DNA of 64,000 bases, taken from positions 64,001-128,000 of the IMG/VR virus record IMGVR_UViG_3300032038_000010, one strand, 5' to 3'. This document shows, in pieces, positions 55,215 through 63,383 of this stretch. Every line of letters starts with the position of its first letter. The first letter of the stretch is position 1. The notes under the pieces were generated by a model. The model was not told the DNA's origin and searched no databases. It saw only the letters and a list, made by a program, of their open reading frames with translations. Source of the stretch: a virus. Lineage: Duplodnaviria; Caudoviricetes. The position numbers and the translations under genes were made by a program.

Positions 55215-55941
55215 AGCATTAAAAGCGCGGGCGGCCGCTCGTCACCAAATGATACTGGACCGATTTGCGGGAGCGACGGCCGCAAGTATTAAATCAAGTA
55301 AAATTTATAAAGAAAATAGTGTATTTATTCCAAAGGGTAGCTGGGTTAATACACATACTGTCTTAGCTGATAACAACTCTGTGGGGGCGATTGATAGATA
55401 CTCCGAAGGGCGGACTGCAGTCCTTAATTTTGCGAGCTTCCGCAATCCAGGCGGCGGTTACATGCAGGGAATGATGGCGCAGGAAGAGGCACTATGTTTC
55501 GCATCTAATCTTTATGAGGTTTTATCTAATTTTGAAGATTATTATGAAGAAAATCGAAAAGATTTAAATGGCGGGATGTATTATGATAGAGCTATTTATT
55601 CGCCTGATATAATCTTTATGTATCATAATAAACAAATTAAGTGCGATGTTATTACCTGTGCGGCGCCCAATTTAAGAAACGCTCAAGGAGATAGAATAAG
55701 GAATCATAAGGTATTGGTCCAGCGCGCGCACTTCATTAATCAAATAGTTGAAGATAATAATGTTGATACATTAATTCTTGGCGCATATGGATGCGGAGTT
55801 TTTAGACAGAATCCTTATGAAGTTGCGGAAATATTTAAGAATGAATTTAAAAATACTACGGTAAAGAAGATTATTTATGCGGTTCCCGCAAATTTAAATG
55901 AAGAAAATTATTATGCTTTTGAAGAGGTGTTAAATAAATGA
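55207..55941 (+). CDS. Microbial-type PARG macrodomain (TIGR02452/DUF2263-like)
   Basis: VLNFAS..NPGGG...AQEEALC, ITCAAPN, LILGAYGCGVF.QNP. Confidence 0.88.
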   Translation: MSEALKARAAARHQMILDRFAGATAASIKSSKIYKENSVFIPKGSWVNTHTVLADNNSVGAIDRYSEGRTAVLNFASFRNPGGGYMQGMMAQEEALCFASNLYEVLSNFEDYYEENRKDLNGGMYYDRAIYSPDIIFMYHNKQIKCDVITCAAPNLRNAQGDRIRNHKVLVQRAHFINQIVEDNNVDTLILGAYGCGVFRQNPYEVAEIFKNEFKNTTVKKIIYAVPANLNEENYYAFEEVLNK

Positions 55942-56234
55942 TTATACAAGATTTACGATATGAAGAGTTAGTACCTTCTCCATATAAATATCTTGCTTTT
56001 GAATTACCTGTTGATAAAAAGGGTTAGTTATTGTATGATATAGAACAATCAATGAGGATTCTTCAAGTAATTCAAGAAGGTACTGGGAAAAATTATGCTG
56101 GCTATTTTGCTATTATGCCACAAAATGTAATAAGAGAAATGGCTAAAGAAGATATTAAACAATATATTAAAGTATTAGAGAGGATGATAACAGATGGCGA
56201 GACGAACGAATGTTCTGAAGATGACAGCGACTAA
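55938..56234 (+). CDS. Hypothetical protein (TAG at 56025)
   Basis: GAGGTG SD; ATG overlaps upstream stop; frame joins track ORF 56031. Confidence 0.6.
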
Positions 56235-56608
56235 ATATAAGAAGAAAGCAAAAAATGCGGCGACCCAGGCGGTGTATATGGGACTGATCACTGATACCTA
56301 CGGTATCAGTGATGAAGGTGTCGTATTCTAAAATTTTGAAGAGAATACCGTATTCTGAAATCAAAAAAACTTTTGGAGAGAATTTTGCGCAGCACAAGTC
56401 ATTTTTTCACTTTTTTAAAATTTTCTCCCGAAAATACACCCCCCAGTAGGACACTAGATGAACAATCTCAAACAAATTCTCTCTTCATCACGACCCGCCG
56501 CAAACAAGCCTAGCCGCACAGACTCAGCAAGGCTTGACCATCTATTCTTTCATCGAACATTAATCAATAGAACAACACACAACACATAAACTATTTATTA
56601 ATCAATAG

Positions 56609-56690
56609 AACAAACTAATTAAAATGATTACAAATAAAATAAACAAACTAATTAAAATGATTACAAATAAAATAAACAAACTAATCAAAA
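56609..56690. repeat. 33-bp tandem repeat, about 2.5 copies
   Basis: AACAAACTAATTAAAATGATTACAAATAAAATA twice plus a partial copy. Confidence 0.85.
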
Positions 56691-56962
56691 GAAATACAAT
56701 AACAATAGTACATACATAGTATTAGTCTCAGGCTCGCGGTCGGATGTCGCGAGCCTCTTTTCATTTATTTGTAACATCTCACCATTTAATTGTTTGACTT
56801 TTGCACTTTTATTATACTATACTCGATCCTGAAATGTCAATAGGCAAAGTGTACAAATTTTATCTGCTATCTTTGTGCAACATTACCTATTGCATTTTTT
56901 TCTGCTCTGTGCTATACTATAATCATCAAGAGGAGATAACAAAGAAAAGGTTGGTAATAAAA

Positions 56963-57103
56963 ATGTTTAAACTTTGGATTGAATGGTGGGACACAGGTCT
57001 TAAGGTTGAGGACGAATTCGATACCTATGAAGAAGCAATCAAGGCAGAGAAGAGTTACTCTAAAATGTATGGATTCATCACATCAGAAATCACTAAAGAA
57101 TAA
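56963..57103 (+). CDS. Small early protein
   Basis: Own promoter and SD; start reassigned to MFKLW. Confidence 0.6.
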   Translation: MFKLWIEWWDTGLKVEDEFDTYEEAIKAEKSYSKMYGFITSEITKE

Positions 57104-57189
57104 AAAAAATAAAAAAAGCACTTGACAAAATCATTAAAAAGTGCTATACTATAATCATCAAGAGAGATAAAGAAAGTGAGGTAACACTT

Positions 57190-57360
57190 ATGATGAATGT
57201 TCACATTAACAATCTTAAAGAGTATGCAAAAGAGTATAAGTACATTGTAGCAAAGGTTATTGATAATGAGCTTTGGTTTTGGGGCGCTTGGGACGACCTG
57301 CTTAAGGCTGAGAAGGTAGCTCATGAACTTGGCAATGCTGTTGTAGTAGCTAACACTTAA
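57190..57360 (+). CDS. Small early protein, paralogue of 58902
   Basis: EYKYIVA...ELWFWGAW; GAGGT SD. Confidence 0.75.
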   Translation: MMNVHINNLKEYAKEYKYIVAKVIDNELWFWGAWDDLLKAEKVAHELGNAVVVANT

Positions 57361-57593
57361 TCGTAAGAGTAAGTCGAAAGACTTGCTCTTTTATTGCCCT
57401 GGCGCGCTGGCGTCCGGGCCAGCGCGCTTTTCCATTATACCATAGCCATCGAGTTTTGTCAATAGGCAAATTGTACAAAGATCTGAGGGAAAAATATCCC
57501 AAAATTGGGCAAAAAATTTTTCAAAAACCGCTTGACTTTTCGGGCGCATGATGGTATAATTAAATCATCAAAAGAAAGAAAGAGGTAAATAAA

Positions 57594-57725
57594 ATGACAA
57601 CTACTTACTACAGACTTAGATACAGAAATGGTGAACATGGTGCTTGGACAACTGATTATGAAAGAATTGTGAAAGATGCAAAATTCTTTAAAGCTGAAAT
57701 TGAAACAAGAGAATTTAAGAGATAA
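57594..57725 (+). CDS. Small early protein
   Basis: Promoter and GAGGT SD; 43 aa. Confidence 0.65.
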   Translation: MTTTYYRLRYRNGEHGAWTTDYERIVKDAKFFKAEIETREFKR

Positions 57726-57803
57726 AAATCTCTTAAAACTCTTGACAAGAGAAAAAAGATCGACTATAATTAAATCATCAAAAGAAAGAAAGAGGTATAC
57801 AAA

Positions 57804-57971
57804 ATGACAAATTGCTTATACTGTAGAAATGCTGATACATATCCATACATTGTAGCATCAGATGATTGTGAAGAGTTTGAAGAAAACTTTGAGCATCATT
57901 GGGAAATGATGGATGACATTGAGCGAGAAGAATATAACTCATACATAGATGAATGTGAAGAGGATGAATAA
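57804..57971 (+). CDS. Small acidic Cys-containing early protein
   Basis: Promoter and GAGGT SD; CLYC and Asp/Glu-rich tail. Confidence 0.65.
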   Translation: MTNCLYCRNADTYPYIVASDDCEEFEENFEHHWEMMDDIEREEYNSYIDECEEDE

Positions 57972-58058
57972 ATCCCAAACATTTTTCAAAAAAGTGTTGA
58001 CAAACAAATCAACCCATGATATAATAATTATAGAGTTAAGGAAAAGAGGTAAATAATT

Positions 58059-58241
58059 ATGTATAGATATTTTATTATGAGCGAGTCACTTGTTATTGAG
58101 GGTTGTACTTCTTGTGAGTGCAACACTTACCCATTAAGTAAGGAAGTGTGTGAGCGCAAGATGGCTCAAGCACTGAAGTCAATTGCACTTCATGGTGCTA
58201 GACGAGTTATTCGCTCGTGGATTGAAGAAGTTACAGAGTAA
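58059..58241 (+). CDS. Small early protein
   Basis: Promoter and GAGGT SD. Confidence 0.65.
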   Translation: MYRYFIMSESLVIEGCTSCECNTYPLSKEVCERKMAQALKSIALHGARRVIRSWIEEVTE

Positions 58242-58696
58242 CTTCTTCAAAAACAATAAAAAAAGTGTTGACAAACAAGATCCAATGTGCTATTATAATA
58301 ATGTAAGGAAGAGAGGTGTTGAAAATGAGAAGTCCCCCTAATTAAAACCCACAAGTTCAGAATAGTGGCAACCTACCAGTAGGAGAGACCCACCGCGCTT
58401 CAGCCTATCCCCTTTAGGGCGCGAAAACAATTCAGGCGGGGTTGAGGACAAGGGGATGACCTCAACCAAGAGAAAGAGTGCGACAGAATAAGTTCGGCAC
58501 TCTTTTTTCTTTGTGCGGGCGGCGCGTGCACTGGCGTTTCGCGCCGAAATTTCAGTATACCACATGAGCCACATTTTGTCAATAGGAAATTTGCACAAAA
58601 ATTTTATCTAGTTGATCCTGAAATTTTGTGCAATTTTACCACTTGCTTTTTCTTTTTGTTTGTGTTATACTATAATCAGAAAGTGAGGTAAGTAGT

Positions 58697-58852
58697 ATGG
58701 CACAAGAAAAGATAGTCCTCGTAAAGGTATTATTAAATATTACAAGAGATAGACAAACTGTTTACAACTTTGTTAAATTTTGTAAACTTGCTAGCTATGA
58801 AAAATCTGTTGAATATTTTTTAAGAATTTCTAAAAAAGTGCTTGACATTTAA
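58697..58852 (+). CDS. Small early protein
   Basis: Promoter and GAGGT SD; 51 aa. Confidence 0.55.
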   Translation: MAQEKIVLVKVLLNITRDRQTVYNFVKFCKLASYEKSVEYFLRISKKVLDI

Positions 58853-58901
58853 ATTAGAATCTGTTATAATATAATCATCAAGAGAAAAGGAGATACAAAT
58901 C

Positions 58902-59057
58902 ATGATTAATAACCTTCCTACTTACGCTAATGAATACAAGTACATTGTTGCTCGTAGAGTTGATGGAGAGCTCTGGTTCTGGGGAGCATGGAATGACCGC
59001 AACAAAGCAAATGAAGTTGCTATCGAGATTGGCGGTGAAGTGGTCACAAATCAGTGA
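58902..59057 (+). CDS. Small early protein, paralogue of 57190
   Basis: EYKYIVA...ELWFWGAW; AAGGAG SD. Confidence 0.75.
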   Translation: MINNLPTYANEYKYIVARRVDGELWFWGAWNDRNKANEVAIEIGGEVVTNQ

Positions 59058-59135
59058 CCACCAAATAAAAAAGAGTTGACAATTTAATCTTTATGTGATA
59101 TACTTAAATCATCAAAAAAAAGAGAGGTAACAATA

Positions 59136-59381
59136 ATGACTTACATTATTTCTATCAATGCTGGACACAATTTTGAAATCACTGGTGATGAAGCTGCTTA
59201 CGAAGCTTATACAAAGGCTTGTGAATTTGCTGAAACTATCGGTGCGAGAGTTGATTTTCTTGATGCTGAAACTGGTGAAGTACTTGCATCATCTGACGAT
59301 GATGAAGATTATGAGCCTGATGACATTGACTCAGATTTCGGTTATGACCCTTACATAGGAGAATGTACTTACGATTGTTAA
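59136..59381 (+). CDS. Small acidic early protein
   Basis: Promoter and SD; DAETGEV; GYDPYIG tail. Confidence 0.7.
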   Translation: MTYIISINAGHNFEITGDEAAYEAYTKACEFAETIGARVDFLDAETGEVLASSDDDEDYEPDDIDSDFGYDPYIGECTYDC

Positions 59382-59601
59382 GCAAGGCACCCCGAAAGAG
59401 GCGCTTTTTTGTTTGCGGTGTGCCGCGGTGGGGCGCCGCGGCACGAAATTTCATTATAACATACCTGAGCTACTTTTGTCAATTGATATTTTGCACAAAA
59501 ATATTCTTGAATTAATCCTAAAATTTGTGCAAAATTACTACTTGTATTTTACATAGAAAGTGCTATACTATAATCAGAAAGAAAGAAAAGAGGTAAACAA
59601 A

Positions 59602-60048
59602 ATGATGAACGAAAAGATAATCGCTTTTGATATGGATGGGACTTTCGTAGACCTCTATGGCGTTGATAATTGGTTACAGATGTTACAGAATAAAGAAACT
59701 ACTCCTTATGAGATTGCAAAGCCTATGTATGATATGAACGATTTTAACAAGGCTCTCAATCGGTTGAAAACAAAAGGTTTCAAGATTGTGGTGATTAGTT
59801 GGTGCGCAAAGGTTAATGATAAAGCCTATGACGCAAGAGTAAGAAAAGCAAAAAAGAATTGGTTAAAGGCTTATAACGTACCTGTTGATGAAATTCACAT
59901 TGTAAAGTATGGAACACCTAAAGCCTATACAATTAAAGGTAACGCAATCTTAGTTGACGACGAAAAACCTAACAGAGATAAGTGGCATAGAGGTCGTACA
60001 ATAGACGCAACAAAAAATATTCTTGAAGAGCTTGAAAAAATCGCTTGA
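59602..60048 (+). CDS. HAD-superfamily phosphatase/nucleotidase-like protein
   Basis: FDMDGT, ISW, K, LVDD motifs. Confidence 0.8.
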   Translation: MMNEKIIAFDMDGTFVDLYGVDNWLQMLQNKETTPYEIAKPMYDMNDFNKALNRLKTKGFKIVVISWCAKVNDKAYDARVRKAKKNWLKAYNVPVDEIHIVKYGTPKAYTIKGNAILVDDEKPNRDKWHRGRTIDATKNILEELEKIA

Positions 60049-60103
60049 CAAAATCATAAAAAGATGATATAATAAAATCATCAAAAGAAAGGAAGAAAAA
60101 ACA

Positions 60104-60340
60104 ATGACAAGAGAAGAAAAAATGGCAATAACAATACTAACGAGTATGCGTGATGGCTTGCATGAAACAGGTAAAGATTTTCCGTATCGGGATGAGTGTA
60201 TCCCATATATGAAAAAATCTTGTGACATGGCTATTGAAGCATTAAGACGACAAGATAGAATATTACAGATTCTTGATGATTGTGACCTTGAAGCATGGGA
60301 AATGTTGGAAAAGATAAAGGGGGTGATGAGAAATGACTAA
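60104..60340 (+). CDS. Small early protein
   Basis: Promoter and SD; MAIEAL motif. Confidence 0.65.
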   Translation: MTREEKMAITILTSMRDGLHETGKDFPYRDECIPYMKKSCDMAIEALRRQDRILQILDDCDLEAWEMLEKIKGVMRND

Positions 60341-60551
60341 GACAACATGGATTATCACCGACCCCGATGAAAACATCAAAACTGAGCTGACCTATTACCA
60401 CTTTGGAAAAGAACCTAGGGTCCCAAGCTGGTACATGGAAAGGGGTAAGGTTTATGAAATTGAAATGATTGGGAGTTTCAAACTCCTCCGCACTCCGAAA
60501 CTGTTTTTCAAGTGCCTTACCCATTTTTGCATCATGAAAGCCGCCAATTAA
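60333..60551 (+). CDS. Small early protein
   Basis: GGGGTG SD; overlaps upstream stop. Confidence 0.55.
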   Translation: MTKTTWIITDPDENIKTELTYYHFGKEPRVPSWYMERGKVYEIEMIGSFKLLRTPKLFFKCLTHFCIMKAAN

Positions 60552-61011
60552 AATGGCGGTTTTTCTCTGTGCGGCGCGCCGCTCTCGCCTGTCGCGGCGC
60601 GAAATCTCCATTATACCACACGTTGCACCTTTTGTCAATAGGAAAAATGCACAAAAATTCATTAGACTAGATCCCGATTTTTTGTACAAAATTACTACTT
60701 GTATTTTGAAAAATTTTTTGCTATAATGTATTTACAAGGTAAGGAAAGAAAAGCACTTCACTTCTCGGCGGTTCCGCCACAAAAAAAACTTCAAAAAAGT
60801 GCTTGACAAACAAAAAACCTTGTGATATAATATAATCAAGAAGTGAGAGATAGAAATGAAGGTCATTGAGTTGACAAGTGCGCATAGCCAACCCAGACCT
60901 CCCCACCAAATAAAAATCTTAAAAAACTTCTTGACAAATAAAACTTAATATGTTATAATGTATTTACAAAGTAAGAAAACAACAAATCATTTTAAGAAAG
61001 AGGTGTTCTCT

Positions 61012-61362
61012 ATGGCAAACTCAAACAAGGTTACTAAGGCTCAAATGTTCGCTCTTATCGCTGAGAAGGTCGCTGACAATCAAGAAATGGTTGACTTCCT
61101 TAACAAGGAAATCGAGCTTGTTAATAAGCGCAACGCTCGCAAGTCCTCTAAGCCTTCTAAGAAGGATGTTGAGAATGAAGCTATCAAGGCTTCTATCGAG
61201 GAAGTCCTGTCTAATGCCGAAAGTGGTATGACCGTTACGGAAATCACCAAGGCTCTTGACGGTGACTTCTCTACTCAGAAGATTAGCGCACTGCTCCGTC
61301 AGATGGACGGCGAGGTTGTCAAGACCTACGAGAAGAAGGTTGCCAAGTTCACGCTTGCGTGA
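61012..61362 (+). CDS. Small DNA-binding protein with C-terminal winged-helix-like segment
   Basis: MTVTEI...STQKISALLRQ; GAGGTG SD. Confidence 0.65.
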   Translation: MANSNKVTKAQMFALIAEKVADNQEMVDFLNKEIELVNKRNARKSSKPSKKDVENEAIKASIEEVLSNAESGMTVTEITKALDGDFSTQKISALLRQMDGEVVKTYEKKVAKFTLA

Positions 61363-61626
61363 CCTTCGCTCTTCGGAGGGTAACAATTGAATAATGTCAA
61401 TAGGCAAGGTTCACAAAACCTTGCCTATTTTTTTGTGCAATTTTTTACTTGACAAATGAACTGCGGCGTGCTATAATGGCGGCCCGCGGTTGATCGCCGC
61501 GGGCTGTTTTTTGTCAAGTAGTAATAGTTCACAAATTTTCCATCCAAATTTTGTGCAATTTTACCTCTTGCATTTATCCCGTAATGTGCTATAATTAAAT
61601 CATCAAAAGGAAAGAGGTAAACAGTT

Positions 61627-61857
61627 ATGACTAGACACTCTATTGAAAACCTTCAGTATTTTGTTCTTATGGCTCTTATTCTCGCTCAGTGTGTTGTGGG
61701 AGAGGCCTTCTATATTGGGCAGGGTATTTATTTAATAGCAAATGCGCTTTCAGTTTTTCGTTCTTTTGCTTTAAGGCGTCCCGCAAGTGATAAAGTTAAA
61801 GATGTCGCTTGTTTGGCTATTACAATCGGTTTGATACTTTTTAAAATTTTTGCTTGA
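61627..61857 (+). CDS. Small membrane protein
   Basis: Three hydrophobic segments; promoter and SD. Confidence 0.65.
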   Translation: MTRHSIENLQYFVLMALILAQCVVGEAFYIGQGIYLIANALSVFRSFALRRPASDKVKDVACLAITIGLILFKIFA

Positions 61858-61907
61858 CAAACTTTCTATATTATGATATTATAATTATAGAAAGAGAGGT
61901 AAGAGTT

Positions 61908-62360
61908 ATGGAAAAACAGTTAGTGCTTGATATGGACGGAACATTCGTTGATTTGTATGGCGTTCAAAATTGGTTGCCAATGCTCAAGGTAGAAAGTGTA
62001 GAACCTTACGCAACCGCTAAACCGCTTTATGATATTGATGTAATCAATGCTTTACTTAATATTCTTAAAGGCTACGGCTTCCGCATTATCGTTGTTTCTT
62101 GGACTGCTAAAAATGGCTCAAGAGCCTACAATCAAGCGGTTAGAAAAGCTAAAATTGAATGGCTCAAGGCTCACAAAATGCCGATTGATGAAATTCACGT
62201 TGTCAAGTATGGCACACCAAAATATCGACTTGTCAAGGGTAACGCAATTCTCATTGATGATGAAGAACCAAACCGCAATAGTTGGACAAGAGGAAAAGCA
62301 ATCGACCCCACAGACGGGCTGATTGATAAATTGCTCGATTTGGTACTCGAAAACTCTTGA
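61908..62360 (+). CDS. HAD-superfamily protein, paralogue of 59602
   Basis: LDMDGTFVDLYGV...DEIHVVKYGTPK...GNAILIDD. Confidence 0.8.
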   Translation: MEKQLVLDMDGTFVDLYGVQNWLPMLKVESVEPYATAKPLYDIDVINALLNILKGYGFRIIVVSWTAKNGSRAYNQAVRKAKIEWLKAHKMPIDEIHVVKYGTPKYRLVKGNAILIDDEEPNRNSWTRGKAIDPTDGLIDKLLDLVLENS

Positions 62361-62417
62361 CAAAACCGCCGCAAGGCGATATAATAAAATCACAAAAGAA
62401 CAAAAGGAGGTTCTAAT

Positions 62418-62558
62418 ATGACAGCAGTATCTTATGAAATCTACAATGCGTTCGGAACTGTGGTTGAGGTTGTAAAGTCTTGGGAACTTGCAAAGGCAAG
62501 AGCAAAGGCAGTTGGAGGAGCTTACAAAATTATTTATACGCCAGTTAATGCATTTTAA
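62418..62558 (+). CDS. Small early protein
   Basis: AGGAGG SD; 46 aa. Confidence 0.65.
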   Translation: MTAVSYEIYNAFGTVVEVVKSWELAKARAKAVGGAYKIIYTPVNAF

Positions 62559-62765
62559 TGCGGGCGCCCGCTCAGAAATCACTCCTGGGCGGGTTTTTTG
62601 TGGCTCGCGACCGGGCGCCGCGAGCCATTCTTTCATTATAGCATACCTATACCACTTTTGTCAATGGTAAATTTGCACAAAAAATTTCTTAATTTAATCC
62701 CAAAATTGTGCTTGACATTTTTCTTATCTTTTGTTATAATGTATTCAGAAAGTGAGGTAAGGCTT

Positions 62766-63014
62766 ATGAACAATATTAAACTCATTAAAAGCGATAATAA
62801 TTATAGATTAGAGTTATGGGGCGCAAGCACTAAACACCCTGATGTTGTTTATGATATGGAAAATGACATCAAAGAAGGGCGGTTTTGCCTTTGCCCTTAT
62901 GAAGAGAGCAAAGAGTGGAACTTATACCAGTGGGTTCTCTACTGCGCAAGCCGTACAATGTGGAGAACAACAGCGATTCAGTTAGTAGAGTATGCGAATA
63001 TTTTACTGAATTAA
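62766..63014 (+). CDS. Small early protein
   Basis: Promoter and GAGGT SD. Confidence 0.65.
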   Translation: MNNIKLIKSDNNYRLELWGASTKHPDVVYDMENDIKEGRFCLCPYEESKEWNLYQWVLYCASRTMWRTTAIQLVEYANILLN

Positions 63015-63383
63015 TTTTAAGAGGGCGGGCGACCGCTCTCTTTTTTGTCGGTCTGTGTGCGGCCGCCCACAGACCGAAATTTTATTATAGCACACCTAGC
63101 GACATTTTGTCAATAGGAATTTTGCACAAATATTTTCTTGATTTGATCCTGATATTTGTGCATTATTACCAGTTGACTTTTACAGCTGACCGCGTTATAA
63201 TGTATTCAGAAAGTGAGGTAATATTTATGAAGATTATCCCTATTGTAATTAAGCGCAAACTAAAAACAGAAGTCAATCTTGATGAATTAAGAAAAAACTT
63301 TTAGAAAAAAATCAAAAAATGCTTGACAAGGCTTCAATTATGTGTTATACTAAAGTCATCAAATGAAAGAGAGGTTAAAATCC

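Larger units (their letters stand above)
56730..63205. repeat. Dispersed divergent-promoter cassette, about 8 copies
   Basis: GC hairpin - ATTATA-N17/18-TGTCAA(TAGG) - TGCACAAA...TTTGTGCA - plus-strand promoter. Confidence 0.85.
56890..63360 (+). promoter_or_regulatory. Array of near-consensus sigmaA promoters, often followed by an AATCATCAA leader and GAGGT SD, about one per small gene
   Basis: TTGACA/TTGACT-N17-TAT(A/T)(A/C)T at about 57122, 57532, 57742, 57997, 58268, 58842, 59076, 60045, 60803, 60931, 61854, 62357, 62712, 63173, 63323. Confidence 0.85.

Noticed and set aside
641-56234. TAG interruptions as pseudogenes or G-to-T sequencing errors
   Set aside because: Errors or decay would hit the more common GAA and GGA codons (giving TAA/TGA) and cause frameshifts. 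All interruptions except the dnaE 5' site are TAG, in essential genes on both strands.
641-56234. TAG=Gln (code 15)
   Set aside because: Disfavoured, not excluded: most informative contexts fit Glu. Some (4814, 54339, 929, 51703) are ambiguous, and E. coli-type dUTPases have Gln at the motif-3 position.
56730-63205. CRISPR array
   Set aside because: Repeats are degenerate, 0.4-1.2 kb apart and separated by genes; no cas genes.
63228-63304. TAG at 63302 as another recoded site
   Set aside because: The 25-codon ORF is short and read-through would run across the next promoter. It may be a true TAG stop in an early gene, so it was not counted.
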